From IMG/VR virus record IMGVR_UViG_3300042691_027063, positions 31,648 through 95,647 of that record: a stretch of DNA of 64,000 bases; one strand, 5' to 3'. A model generated the notes under the pieces. That model made no database searches. It worked only from the letters and a program-made list of their open reading frames with translations, and was not told the DNA's origin. The stretch is from a virus. The position numbers and the translations under genes were made by a program. Positions 35,486-46,024 of this stretch are shown here, piece by piece. Numbering within the stretch: position 1 is the first letter of the stretch; the number at the start of each line of letters is the position of its first letter.

Positions 35486-36223
35486 ATGCTTAAACACATC
35501 AAAATCGCGATAGCTACCATCGTCACAGCATCGGCGACCCTGTTCTTGGCGATCAATGCTCCTCAGTTACATAATAGCTATCTTCGATATGAGGTTGGAC
35601 AGTCTGTTGTCCAAGTTCTTCGTCCTGATGAAAAGGGCGGAGGAACTGGTTTTGCTGTGAAAGCTGCTTCTGGAAAAGAGTTCATCGCGACCAATAAGCA
35701 CGTTTGCGATGCTGCTATTAACGGTTGGATGAAAGTTTCCCAACAAGATGGGATCACCGCTTTTAAGCGCGTTGTTTATAAAGACAACATTCATGATCTT
35801 TGTCTTATTGAAGGAGATTCTAGACTCGACTCCCTAGATATTGGATCAATCCCAAAAAAAGGCGAAATTATTCATATTGTCGGTCACCCAGGACTTCGCC
35901 AACTTACCGTATCTTCTGGGGAATTTATTGGTAGAGATACTGTTCATTTAATCGACAATGTAAAAAGTCGAGCTCAGTGCAAGGGAGAAGTTATCGAAGC
36001 TCCTCCAATTATGCAAATTCTACTAGGAATTGAATTTATTTGTGTTAGATCATACCCATCTTTTGCAACAACAGCAGTTGCCTATCCTGGTAACTCAGGA
36101 AGTCCAGTTGTAAATAAATACGGAAATGTTATTGGTGTTCTTTTTGCTGGCTCAACTCAACAAGAAAGAGACAATCACATTGTTCCTATTCAAGATTTAG
36201 CACGAGTTCTTAATAAATTTTAA
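35486..36223 (+). CDS. trypsin-like serine protease with N-terminal signal/TM segment
   Basis: GTGF, TNKHV, DL, GNSGSP. Confidence 0.88.
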   Translation: MLKHIKIAIATIVTASATLFLAINAPQLHNSYLRYEVGQSVVQVLRPDEKGGGTGFAVKAASGKEFIATNKHVCDAAINGWMKVSQQDGITAFKRVVYKDNIHDLCLIEGDSRLDSLDIGSIPKKGEIIHIVGHPGLRQLTVSSGEFIGRDTVHLIDNVKSRAQCKGEVIEAPPIMQILLGIEFICVRSYPSFATTAVAYPGNSGSPVVNKYGNVIGVLFAGSTQQERDNHIVPIQDLARVLNKF

Positions 36224-36232
36224 GGAGTTACT

Positions 36233-38236
36233 GTGAGTGATTCATTAAAGTATTTTGCTGCACAAGAGCCCGAAAAAACAGCAGCAAACCTTTTAAAGAA
36301 GTCAGAAACTTTCTTTAATACACTAAATTCAAATAGATATCTTGATAAAATTCGAGATATGTATCGCTACTATTACGGTAATTTTAACGGCGATGGAAAT
36401 GATTCGCACGAGATTACCTTTACTGGTGAGCAAGGTGAGCTTGTTCGTCTTCCAGTAAACCACTTCAGAAACCTAGCTCGCCATATGTATAATATGATTA
36501 CAGCTAACCGTCCAACTCTAGAAGCTAGAGCTATAAATTCTGACTACAAATCCCTCTCTCAGACATATCTAGCTAATGGCATTCTTGATTACTATATGCG
36601 AGAAAAGGGTTTAGAAGATCGTATTTATGACGCAGTTGAAATGGCTGTTGTTCTTGGTAGTTCCTTTTTGAAAATGGAATGGAACGCTACTGCTGGCGAA
36701 ACATATGATATTGACCCAGAAACTGGAGCTCCTGTAAATGAAGGAGAGCTTGAGTTTAGTCTTCTTAGTCCACTGGATGTTGTAGTCGATGGAACAAAAG
36801 AAAGCTGGAGTCAACAAGAGTGGGTTCTTGCTCGCACGTTTGTAAACCGATTTAATTTAATTGCAAAATATCCTGATCTTGAAGAAAAAATTCGTGCAAT
36901 TCCTGCTAAGAATGCTCAGTCTCAGTATCGTGTTAATATCTTTTCCAATGACGATACCGACGATATTCCGGTTTATGAATTTTTCCACAAGAAAACAGAG
37001 GCAATGCCTGAAGGTCGTTATCTTCTTTTCTTATCCGACGACTGTATTCTCTTAGACTTAGATATGCCTTATCGAGGTATTCCTGTATTCCATTTAAGTC
37101 CATCGACTATTATGGGTACTCCATATGGCTATACAGATATGTTCGATGTATTTCCTATTCAGGAAGCAATGAACTCTATGTATTCTGCTATTATGACAAA
37201 TAATAACGCATTTAATGTTCAGAATTTATTTGTTCAGCGCGGAGCTGACTTGTCTGTTGCTCAACTTTCTGGCGGTCTAAATGTTGTTGAAGGTAATGCA
37301 AAACCAGAACCTCTCCAACTTACCGCAACTGCTCCAGAAACATTTAACTTTTTGAATATCCTAGTACAAGCATCTGAAACAATTACGGGCGTAAGCTCCG
37401 TTACACGGGGGCAGCCAGAGGCTAGTCTTCGCTCAGCATCTGCGTTAGCCCTCGTCCAATCTATGTCTCTCCAGTTTGTGTCTGGTTTTCAGAAGAACTA
37501 TGTGAAATTCTTGGAAAGAGTTGGTACTAGTTTGATTGAAATTCTAAAAGATTTTGCACAAACTCCAAAACTAATTGCATTGGTTGGTAAAAATAAACAA
37601 CCATATCTCAAAGAATTTACTGGAGATATGATTAAAGACGTTAAGCGAGTTGTCGTTGACGTTGGTAATCCTCTAGCCCGCACAACTGCTGGTCGAGTTC
37701 AGATGGCTGAACAGCTTGCACAAATGCAGCTTATTAAAAATCCACAACAATACTTCATGGTTATTGAAACTGGTCGTATTGATACCATGATTGAAGGCGA
37801 TCTATCTGATCTTATGCTTATTAAGCGCGAGAATGAGTGGCTTCTTGAGGGTAAGGATGTATTTGCTGCACTTCTTGATAAACACTCAATTCATATTATG
37901 GAGCACCAATCTGTAATTAATGATCCAGAGCTTCGCCAAAATCCAGAACTTCTTGCTAAGGTTCAAGCTCACATACAAGAACATATTGATATTCTTAGAA
38001 CTGCTGATCCAGACTTACTCAGTCTTATTGGTCAACAGCCTCTACAGAATCCACAAGCTCCACAAGAAGTTCCTCCTATGACTCCTCCAGGTGAACAACC
38101 AGTTCCTGGTCCAGCTGGAAGTCCAGCAGATCAGATGTCACAAATGACAGGAGGAGTTCAAGCTCAGGCTCCTAGAGAAGTTGAGGTTCCGGCAGAGCTT
38201 CTTCCAAATCCAGCAATTGATCCGAGGGCAGTATAA
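36233..38236 (+). CDS. portal protein
   Basis: 667 aa after TerL; P22-like features (PIQEAMN, ITGVSSVTRG), Pro/Gln-rich tail. Confidence 0.8.
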   Translation: MSDSLKYFAAQEPEKTAANLLKKSETFFNTLNSNRYLDKIRDMYRYYYGNFNGDGNDSHEITFTGEQGELVRLPVNHFRNLARHMYNMITANRPTLEARAINSDYKSLSQTYLANGILDYYMREKGLEDRIYDAVEMAVVLGSSFLKMEWNATAGETYDIDPETGAPVNEGELEFSLLSPLDVVVDGTKESWSQQEWVLARTFVNRFNLIAKYPDLEEKIRAIPAKNAQSQYRVNIFSNDDTDDIPVYEFFHKKTEAMPEGRYLLFLSDDCILLDLDMPYRGIPVFHLSPSTIMGTPYGYTDMFDVFPIQEAMNSMYSAIMTNNNAFNVQNLFVQRGADLSVAQLSGGLNVVEGNAKPEPLQLTATAPETFNFLNILVQASETITGVSSVTRGQPEASLRSASALALVQSMSLQFVSGFQKNYVKFLERVGTSLIEILKDFAQTPKLIALVGKNKQPYLKEFTGDMIKDVKRVVVDVGNPLARTTAGRVQMAEQLAQMQLIKNPQQYFMVIETGRIDTMIEGDLSDLMLIKRENEWLLEGKDVFAALLDKHSIHIMEHQSVINDPELRQNPELLAKVQAHIQEHIDILRTADPDLLSLIGQQPLQNPQAPQEVPPMTPPGEQPVPGPAGSPADQMSQMTGGVQAQAPREVEVPAELLPNPAIDPRAV

Positions 38237-38457
38237 TGAAATTTGGTAAAACATTTGGTGCATTGAAAAAAGACAAGAAAAAAGAAGAATTGGAAAGTAA
38301 TCCTATAAATGATATTTTTCACGCATTTGTAATGGAAAGAAAGGTTCGTGAAGATTCAGAAGAATACTCTGAACCAAAATTAGAAGATGATTTACAAGAA
38401 CTAGAAGACCTTAAACGCGAGCGAGCAGAAAGAATTAAGAAAAAGTATGCTAGATAA
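38236..38457 (+). CDS. hypothetical protein
   Basis: 73 aa, coupled to the portal stop. Confidence 0.6.
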   Translation: MKFGKTFGALKKDKKKEELESNPINDIFHAFVMERKVREDSEEYSEPKLEDDLQELEDLKRERAERIKKKYAR

Positions 38458-39055
38458 ATTAATGAAATTGCTCCAAGCAAAGGAGCGAGACAATTATGTT
38501 GAGAAGAAACCTCGAGATGTTTATCGAGGAATTTCTCATTCTACTAAGTTATCAAAAGAAGAAGCTGCTATGATTGGTGGTCTAGAGTCACAACATGGTA
38601 AATACGAAAAAAACATGGGTGGCGGTTCTGCTTCTGGTATTATGCAAGTTATGCCAAATCTAGCAAAAATGATTCGCCCAGGTTCTGAAAAGAGAATTAT
38701 GGATAGAAATGTTCAGCAGGAATTGGCTTCAGATATTATAAATATGAACGAACCAACTATCAAACAAATTGCAGCACAATCAAACAAAACTGCTGACGTT
38801 GTTGATAGATACGCTCTTTATAATTTGGGTAAAGGTAGAGGTCGTAAGTTTTTAGAAGCTTCTGACGATACTCCAATTGAAAAAATTCTACCAGCTGCAA
38901 TTATTAAAGCAAATCCAAAGCTTTATAAGCATAAAACGGTTGGAGATGCAAAAAAAGCAATGAAGGTTGCATTGACCGAAGGTGGAAAAACTAACGAGTT
39001 TTATCCAGATATTCAAGATTTATTTACGGGGATGGGAAATGGAGAAGAAGAGTAA
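38447..39055 (+). CDS. lytic transglycosylase (SLT-like)
   Basis: LES, ASGIMQ, YNLG. Confidence 0.75.
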   Translation: MLDKLMKLLQAKERDNYVEKKPRDVYRGISHSTKLSKEEAAMIGGLESQHGKYEKNMGGGSASGIMQVMPNLAKMIRPGSEKRIMDRNVQQELASDIINMNEPTIKQIAAQSNKTADVVDRYALYNLGKGRGRKFLEASDDTPIEKILPAAIIKANPKLYKHKTVGDAKKAMKVALTEGGKTNEFYPDIQDLFTGMGNGEEE

Positions 39056-39350
39056 ATTCGCACGTTTGCGCGAAACAATGAAATGTAATAAACCTCGACC
39101 TTCTTATAAGCCAGAAAAGAAAAGAATGGTTAAAGCTTGTCAAGGTGGAAAAGAGAAGATAATCCACTACGGAGCGTCTGATTATGGTTCTAATTATTCT
39201 GACGAAGCCCGTAAGAATTTTAGAGCTCGCCATAATTGCGACACTGCTACAGATAAATTAACAGCTCGTCACTGGGCTTGTAAAAATCTTTGGTCAAAAA
39301 GTAGCACAAAATATTCTACTAAAGGTAAAAAGGGTGGGAATAAAAAATGA
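39039..39350 (+). CDS. conserved phage basic protein
   Basis: KIIHYGASDY, NFRARHNC, TARHWACKNLW. Confidence 0.7.
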   Translation: MEKKSKFARLRETMKCNKPRPSYKPEKKRMVKACQGGKEKIIHYGASDYGSNYSDEARKNFRARHNCDTATDKLTARHWACKNLWSKSSTKYSTKGKKGGNKK

Positions 39351-39949
39351 GCGATCGTAGAAAACTTCAAGATGAGTTAAATAGAATTAATAATTTGTAT
39401 CAAGAATACGATCTTCAGCTCTCTAAGTCTGGTGCTACTATGCAACAAAGACAGCAACTTAGAGATATGATGAATGCTAAAAAAGATGCTCTTATTTCAG
39501 AAATGGGAGATGATCTTCAAAAGCTCAATCGCGGAGCTGGTATCAATGTTGGTGGTGGAACAATCTCCAAAATTAAAGATGTTGCAGGAGAAGGATTTGA
39601 TGCTGCAAAAAAAGCTGATATTATTAAGATGGTTGGAAAGAAAGCTATGGGAATGATTCCTGTTGGTGGTGTTATTGCTGGTGCTGTGTCTGGCGATCCA
39701 GCAATGGCAGCAGAAGAGCTTGGAAGAGATGCTATTGAAGCAGCTCCAGCAGCTTTGGCGACAGCAGCAAAAATAGGAGCTGGAACAACTCCAGTGGGCT
39801 TAGGAATGATTGCAGCAGATGCGTTTATGCCAGAACAAGCTGGTAATTCAGAAGAAGAGCGTATGATGCTTGCTGAAGATAAAGCAAGAAAAGCTTATGC
39901 TCAATCTCCAGGAAGAATGGCTAAATTAAAGAAAATGCTCGGAAAATAA
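39347..39949 (+). CDS. possible internal virion/ejection protein
   Basis: Ala/Gly-rich helical protein in the head region. Confidence 0.45.
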   Translation: MSDRRKLQDELNRINNLYQEYDLQLSKSGATMQQRQQLRDMMNAKKDALISEMGDDLQKLNRGAGINVGGGTISKIKDVAGEGFDAAKKADIIKMVGKKAMGMIPVGGVIAGAVSGDPAMAAEELGRDAIEAAPAALATAAKIGAGTTPVGLGMIAADAFMPEQAGNSEEERMMLAEDKARKAYAQSPGRMAKLKKMLGK

Positions 39950-40081
39950 ATGATACGAAAATTTGGCAAGCTTTACAAGGTATTGTCGAGCAAGGGCAAA
40001 AATCTTGGGAAATACACTTCTAAAAAAGCGGCAGAAAAAAGATTAAGACAAGTTGAATATTTTAAGCATAAGGCTAAATAA
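39950..40081 (+). CDS. small basic protein (not in ORF track)
   Basis: MIRKFGKLYKVLSSKGKNLGKYTSKKAAEKRLRQVEYFKHKAK, 43 aa, fills the gap exactly. Confidence 0.65.
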   Translation: MIRKFGKLYKVLSSKGKNLGKYTSKKAAEKRLRQVEYFKHKAK

Positions 40082-40920
40082 TGTCAGCACCAAATCCAAC
40101 TAAGTTAGATGCGGGTCAAGTCCTTCAAGGGGCTTATGATGAAACAACTGGAAGAATAAGAACGGACGCAGAGGCAACAATTGTTAATGCCGACATCGAC
40201 GTTCAACTTGATCCAGATCAAGATGGTGTACATATCGGAGATAAGAACTCTGGAAATACATTAGCTATAGACAGCGATGGTGATATTGGCGTTAAAATTG
40301 ACGCAAATGAATCATCGATTGAAGTTTTTCAAATCGATCCAGTTGATCTTCAAACTACATCACATATTTCAGTAAATAACTCTCCAGTTACAAACTCTAA
40401 TCCTGTTCCAGTTTCTGTTCAAAACCCTATTGATATTAATAATTTACCAAATAATTTAGCAACTACTGACAATCAAGATATTACTAATGGCTTCTTAACA
40501 ACTATTAATGACTCAACTGGCGAAATTGCTTCTAAGTTACCGAATTTAGGTCAAAATTCAGCCAGTGAATCGATCAGTGTAATACTTTCTTCGGATCAAA
40601 CACCAATAGAAGTAACACAACAAATCGATGCGTTTACTAAACCAATTGCAGATAATATTCAGTTGGTTGGTAGTTTGGATGGTACTCAGTCTGGTCAAAA
40701 ATATGGAATTGTTTACAATGCTAGACAACAAATATTAGACAGCCATGACAGGAATGCTGAGTTTATTTATGCTGACTTTGGAACAAAAGATCAAAGAATA
40801 GTACAAATTAATTATACAAGCGATACTTTTCCAGGAATAACAGTTAGAAGAGTTTTTACATATACCTTAATTGGTAATAAATACAGAAGAGATTCAGAAA
40901 CTTGGAGTGAAATTATATGA
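40081..40920 (+). CDS. virion structural protein (C-terminus paralogous to 62669..63619)
   Basis: QILDSHDRNAEFIYADFGTKDQRIVQINYTS. Confidence 0.65.
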   Translation: MSAPNPTKLDAGQVLQGAYDETTGRIRTDAEATIVNADIDVQLDPDQDGVHIGDKNSGNTLAIDSDGDIGVKIDANESSIEVFQIDPVDLQTTSHISVNNSPVTNSNPVPVSVQNPIDINNLPNNLATTDNQDITNGFLTTINDSTGEIASKLPNLGQNSASESISVILSSDQTPIEVTQQIDAFTKPIADNIQLVGSLDGTQSGQKYGIVYNARQQILDSHDRNAEFIYADFGTKDQRIVQINYTSDTFPGITVRRVFTYTLIGNKYRRDSETWSEII

Positions 40921-42971
40921 AATCTATTACAGCTAACCTTCTTCAGAATGTAGTTACATCTTACGATCAAACAAAAACTACAATTCAAGGTCGAGTTAAT
41001 CAAAAAACAGTAGAGGGTTCTGTTGTTTTGGGACCACCACTAAATGAGTTTATTGATACAGTTGCTGATACAGCCGGTACAACTGTACCTGTTTTATCTT
41101 ACCTATCACCAAATGGTAGACTTTTTTCTATTGGAGCAGAGACTGGTGGTATTTCTTTTATTTCTTTACATGAAGTAAATCTACAAACAGGAACAAAAAC
41201 GTTTGTTGGTCAAATTCGTATGAATTTAGCTGATTTAGCAACTACTACTCACGTATTCCGTGGGTTTAAAGTACTTGATGATGGTGTATCTGGTTGGAGA
41301 ATTTTTTTAGCTACAACTGCTTCTGTTTTAATTAACGGAGGTCTTTATTGTGTCAATAATGTAGATCGTTCTGATTTTTTACCAACAGGTTCTACTCTTT
41401 TCCCATTTGCAACTGGCTCAAATCAAAAAGCAACATATCTTTTACAAGACCCCTCTAGTATCGGTGTTTCTCAATTAAATACAGCATCCGCTGGGGTTAC
41501 TTTAGATCGTCCAAATAACAGAGTTTACGTACATAATGGCGTTTCAGCAACCCATCAGTTCTATGTATATAGCTCAAATGCAACTCTAGATTGTCCGCTT
41601 TCTACTGGACTTGTTATTGATTCAGTTGCTGATACCATAACTCACGTTGGTCATACTTTCCAAAACAGCGATCCTGTGTTTTTAACAAATTTATCAGGTG
41701 GTGCTGGTCTAACAAATATCACTACATATTTTGTTCGTAACGTCACAGCAACCACATATCAGTTATCAGCTACAACTGGAGGTGCTGCAATTAATATTAC
41801 AACAAATGGAACTGTTGATATTTGTCGAGCATTTGGAACTAGTGGATCAGCTTGGGTACATAAAACTGGTAACTTGCCAGCTCTAACTGGTACATTAATT
41901 CAGTCAGATTCTGAAGATTATGCTGTTCCTGGACATACAACAAACGCAGGTCAACCATGTATTTTCTTTTGTACTTCAAGTAACCTATACTTGGGGAGAA
42001 TTTCTGAGCTTACACCAGGAGCAACTACTTGGACATCTTTAGTTACATCTAATATTTTGGGTACAGTTAATCAAATAACAGCACCGACGCTTACATTGGC
42101 GACATGGAGTAATGCTCTAGATAGAGCTGTTTATTTGACAAGTGGTACAGTTTTTGTAATGAAACAAGTAGTAAATAACCAAATCGATAAAGTTTTTGGT
42201 CGTCTATCTAATATTTATAGAGAAGGATTTCCTCAGTCTGTTAGACAAGGGCTTGGATTTATTTCAATTTCGGCAATGGATATTGAAGATGGGTGGCTAA
42301 CTGTAACAGCATCGTCTTCCGGTCAAAGGGGTAATATTCTTTGTGATTTACGTTCTGATTCTTCTTTTGATTATTCGTATATTGTTACAAGAGTTTTAAA
42401 TACACCTAGTTCAATTTACAAGCTTGTTTCTCTTTGTGAAAAATTATCCGGAGACACTGGTAGTATTGATTTATTCTATAGAACATCAGGGTTTGGTTCT
42501 ATATCTGGCGGATGGGTTCAAATTCCTTTTGGGGATGATCTTAGCTCAGTTGCAACCGGAAATGAAGTTCAATTTAAAATTAGATTTAACACTCTTCAAT
42601 TAGGTGCTTCAATTCCTAGACAAATTTCTGAGATTTATTTAAGTTTAGAATCTCTTTTTGAAATTTCAGATAACTGGGAATTTTCTAGAGATTTATCTAG
42701 TAATTTAACTCCGTCTAGAGTAGCTTTTAGATTAAAAGAAGTTTATGTTGGTTCTGTCCCAACTCTTTATTTTAGAGCTTATGATCTTTCAAACAATTTA
42801 TTAAATACTGCAGACAGTTCTACAAATTCTGGGAATTTTGAATATTCTACAGATAATGGAATTAGTTGGTTACCATTGGGTACTATTCCTAATACAGTTG
42901 GAACTTTAATTAGATATACGTTTACAACTCCTCCTGGTGTAGATATTCGTCCTAGTCTGAAGGAGAGCTAA
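40917..42971 (+). CDS. beta-rich virion protein (paralog of 63630..>64000)
   Basis: 684 aa, T/S/G-rich; N-terminal YDQTKTTIQGRV. Confidence 0.65.
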   Translation: MKSITANLLQNVVTSYDQTKTTIQGRVNQKTVEGSVVLGPPLNEFIDTVADTAGTTVPVLSYLSPNGRLFSIGAETGGISFISLHEVNLQTGTKTFVGQIRMNLADLATTTHVFRGFKVLDDGVSGWRIFLATTASVLINGGLYCVNNVDRSDFLPTGSTLFPFATGSNQKATYLLQDPSSIGVSQLNTASAGVTLDRPNNRVYVHNGVSATHQFYVYSSNATLDCPLSTGLVIDSVADTITHVGHTFQNSDPVFLTNLSGGAGLTNITTYFVRNVTATTYQLSATTGGAAINITTNGTVDICRAFGTSGSAWVHKTGNLPALTGTLIQSDSEDYAVPGHTTNAGQPCIFFCTSSNLYLGRISELTPGATTWTSLVTSNILGTVNQITAPTLTLATWSNALDRAVYLTSGTVFVMKQVVNNQIDKVFGRLSNIYREGFPQSVRQGLGFISISAMDIEDGWLTVTASSSGQRGNILCDLRSDSSFDYSYIVTRVLNTPSSIYKLVSLCEKLSGDTGSIDLFYRTSGFGSISGGWVQIPFGDDLSSVATGNEVQFKIRFNTLQLGASIPRQISEIYLSLESLFEISDNWEFSRDLSSNLTPSRVAFRLKEVYVGSVPTLYFRAYDLSNNLLNTADSSTNSGNFEYSTDNGISWLPLGTIPNTVGTLIRYTFTTPPGVDIRPSLKES

Positions 42972-42972
42972 G

Positions 42973-44328
42973 ATGTCAGATATATTTGTTAGTGATGATT
43001 TTTATATGTCTACATCACAAGCATGTGTAGTAGACCTAACTCCTCCAACTTTTTCTGGAATTAATTTTCTAGATGTCGAATCTAGAGGACAGATTAGAGC
43101 TGGGTGGTCCGTTGCCACCGATCCTGACACTCCGATTAGATACGAAATCTATATAAAAGCTTCAAATTCAATTGGATTATTCAATACTGCAAACATTACA
43201 GCAATAACAGATAAGTTGCAGTTTGATATTTTTACTCTACCAGATGGTTCATTTCTTGTAAATGGAATAACTTATTATGTTGGAGTTAGAGCTGTAGATG
43301 CCTTGGGTAATAGAGATGCAAATACAGTATCCTTAAATGTAATTTCTACTGGAGTTTTAACATCAATAGACACGTATGAATCTAAAGTTGTTTACTCAAT
43401 TGACGAGAATAATGATTTTAGATTGACAGCTTGGGCTAATAAAAACGAAAGTTTGGCTATCGCACCATCAGCTGTTCTTGGTACAGCATCTTATCAAATA
43501 TTTTCAAAAGCAGGGGTTGCTATTTCTGGAATGTCTGGTACTGGAATTTTAGCAAATGCTCAAGGATTATATGTTTTTCCTGCAGTTTCAAACCAAATAT
43601 CTACACAATTAGAGCATTATGAAATCAGAATTTCAATATTCGTCGATGGAGAAGCTCGAGTTAATTATATTCCTTTAATAAATCAAACTCCAATATATGC
43701 GCTAGATGCTGGATTTTCAATTAATGCTAATAACCAATTAGTTGGTGCTCTTTGGTCGAAAGCTAATGGTTCTAGAATTATGGATTCATCTAGAATTAGT
43801 AATGGTTACTACTACGTTCATGATTCTAATGGTATCGCAGTTCCTGGTTTAACAGAATCTGGAATAGTTCCTAATTCTGAAGGATTTTTTGTTATAGCAC
43901 CAATCTCTGCAACATCTTTAGATTTACAATCTTCTGTTTATTTTGCTCACATAAGAGCAGAAGTAGATGGGCTATTAATTAATGATAATGTTCCTTTGAC
44001 TTTTGGAGTTCCAGAATATGAACCAAAAGCTCAATTTTCAATTAATTCAGCAAATCAATTCCAAGCTACAATTTGGGTTACTGCTAATGGCGATGTAAAA
44101 ACAAATAATCTTGGAACTGCTTCTTATCAGGTTTATGATGTTGCTGGAAATCCAGTTTCTGGTTTATCACAAACAGGAATTACTGCGGATATTAATGGTA
44201 GATTCCAAATAACACCAGTTTCTGCAATTTTATTAACAGATTTAACACACTATTCTGTTAGAATTGGAGTTATTGTTGATGGAGTTGAGAGAGTATCTTA
44301 TAAAGGCTTTACACTTTTAGGTACATAA
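42973..44328 (+). CDS. FN3-like domain protein with three internal repeats
   Basis: DLTPPTFSG, YYVGVRAVDALGN; repeats of [YF]SI..NN.....W. Confidence 0.65.
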   Translation: MSDIFVSDDFYMSTSQACVVDLTPPTFSGINFLDVESRGQIRAGWSVATDPDTPIRYEIYIKASNSIGLFNTANITAITDKLQFDIFTLPDGSFLVNGITYYVGVRAVDALGNRDANTVSLNVISTGVLTSIDTYESKVVYSIDENNDFRLTAWANKNESLAIAPSAVLGTASYQIFSKAGVAISGMSGTGILANAQGLYVFPAVSNQISTQLEHYEIRISIFVDGEARVNYIPLINQTPIYALDAGFSINANNQLVGALWSKANGSRIMDSSRISNGYYYVHDSNGIAVPGLTESGIVPNSEGFFVIAPISATSLDLQSSVYFAHIRAEVDGLLINDNVPLTFGVPEYEPKAQFSINSANQFQATIWVTANGDVKTNNLGTASYQVYDVAGNPVSGLSQTGITADINGRFQITPVSAILLTDLTHYSVRIGVIVDGVERVSYKGFTLLGT

Positions 44329-44873
44329 TGCCAATAATTAGAAAGTTAGTAGCACAAGATGAAAATGAAGAAAATCAATGGTTGAAAGTTGATCATTCTT
44401 CTCGTTATATTGTGAACTTAACCGAAGATTGGCAATTTTTATTTGGACCCAATAGTGAACTTAATAATAGCAACCAAATTGTAAAAATAGCAGCAAAATT
44501 TGACGACAACACGTTCAATAATATTAAAATAGCTGCTTATTTATACGATCAAAAAAATGCAAGCATTGCAAATGCAGATACTTGCGTATTTAATCTTTAT
44601 AAAACATCAGGTTCTATTTGGAGCGACGACTATTTAACATCTATTAATGGGTCATTGTTACCAAATTCATACTTCTTTATTAATCCATCCTTAACAACAT
44701 TTACTGGATTGGATTTTTTAGGAGGAGATACTATAATGATAGAGGCAACTATTATTCGCTTAGGTGTTACATATAGAGATAGAATTTATGTTAATCATCT
44801 TGGAATTTTTGATAATGCATCTAGACTCCGACAGGATTTCGAATTTTTAGAAATTACTAAGAAGGATTTATGA
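44328..44873 (+). CDS. hypothetical structural protein
   Basis: 181 aa, coupled. Confidence 0.6.
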   Translation: MPIIRKLVAQDENEENQWLKVDHSSRYIVNLTEDWQFLFGPNSELNNSNQIVKIAAKFDDNTFNNIKIAAYLYDQKNASIANADTCVFNLYKTSGSIWSDDYLTSINGSLLPNSYFFINPSLTTFTGLDFLGGDTIMIEATIIRLGVTYRDRIYVNHLGIFDNASRLRQDFEFLEITKKDL

Positions 44874-45337
44874 TTAGAAAATATGCTTTTTTAAAAAATA
44901 ACACAGTTTTGCTTATTGATAATATAGATGAAGTTGAGTATGTTAATCACATAAGAGAATGGGATAGTATTATTGATATAACCGATAGTTTACCAGAGCC
45001 TAGAACTGGCTGGATTTTAGATGGTAATATATTAGTTCCAGTTTCTCCCGATGAACAACAAAGAACACAGCAAGCTTTTGGTTCTGCTTTAGCACTAGAA
45101 CTTGTTAATAGAATGGGTGCTAGAAATCTTCAATTGGCATCACAAGGTACTCCGGTTAACGTAGCTGCGCTTCTTTCTAGCGTTGGTGGAATTAAGAGCT
45201 TAATTGAAACCGGAGCATTAAAAACAGCTAGAAGTATATTAATTGTAAGTGCTCCTAATTTTCCAGATCATGCTGATATTTTTAATTACGGTTCTTCACA
45301 AATAACTAGTTTTTTACAATCAAAAGGCTGGGATTGA
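44870..45337 (+). CDS. hypothetical protein (fibre chaperone-like)
   Basis: PEPRTGWILDG motif resembles tail-fibre assembly proteins. Confidence 0.5.
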   Translation: MIRKYAFLKNNTVLLIDNIDEVEYVNHIREWDSIIDITDSLPEPRTGWILDGNILVPVSPDEQQRTQQAFGSALALELVNRMGARNLQLASQGTPVNVAALLSSVGGIKSLIETGALKTARSILIVSAPNFPDHADIFNYGSSQITSFLQSKGWD

Positions 45338-45338
45338 T

Positions 45339-45827
45339 GTGGAAAGAATAACTATTGGATTTTCTAAAGCTAAGAGTCCATATAAGTTTGGAAGTTTAAT
45401 ATTAAGAACTTATATGAGAACTCCATATAGTCACGTTTACATTAAATTTCACAGCGAAAAACTAAATAGAGTGCTTATTTACGAAGCAGTTGGCTCTGGA
45501 GTTCGTTTTATTGGTAAAAAATCCTGGAATGAACATTCGATAGAAGTAGCTTCCTACGATATCAAAATAAAACAATGTAATTATATTCATCTTATGCAGT
45601 ATTGCGTAGATCACGCTGGATATGAATACGGATTTTTACAAAATATTGGTATTTTTATATCAGAATCTTTAAATATAAAGAACAATTACTTTAAAAAAGG
45701 TAAAAACTGTTCTGAAATTATTGCAGAAATACTTTCAATAGAAGGATATGATATTAAAAAGGATTTTAATTTAATAACACCAAAAGATATTCACGATTTA
45801 TTATATGAAAATAAGAGTATTAGATAG
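45339..45827 (+). CDS. permuted papain-like NlpC/P60 (YiiX/YaeF-like) enzyme
   Basis: YSHV precedes NCSEII (His before Cys); GYEYG. Confidence 0.7.
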   Translation: MERITIGFSKAKSPYKFGSLILRTYMRTPYSHVYIKFHSEKLNRVLIYEAVGSGVRFIGKKSWNEHSIEVASYDIKIKQCNYIHLMQYCVDHAGYEYGFLQNIGIFISESLNIKNNYFKKGKNCSEIIAEILSIEGYDIKKDFNLITPKDIHDLLYENKSIR

Positions 45828-45951
45828 AAGTAATCCAAAAAGAGCTCCAAAAAAGCTTTCAACAAACAGAGATAAAGTCAAAAAATACAAGTATTTGTTT
45901 TTTGGTTCTCTAGTAATCAATTTAGCTTTGATAATTAACAACTTTTTATAG
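45805..45951 (+). CDS. small basic protein with C-terminal TM (not in ORF track)
   Basis: MKIRVLDRSNPKRAPKK...YLFFGSLVINLALIINNFL, 48 aa. Confidence 0.45.
   Translation: MKIRVLDRSNPKRAPKKLSTNRDKVKKYKYLFFGSLVINLALIINNFL
45935..45943 (+). promoter_or_regulatory. putative late promoter motif TTAACAACT
   Basis: About 80 nt upstream of the scaffold gene. Confidence 0.55.
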
Positions 45952-46024
45952 CCTATCCAATTACGGACGGCTTTAATAGGGTAATCAAGCCCGCTTATCC
46001 CAAACCATGGGGAAAAGGACATTT

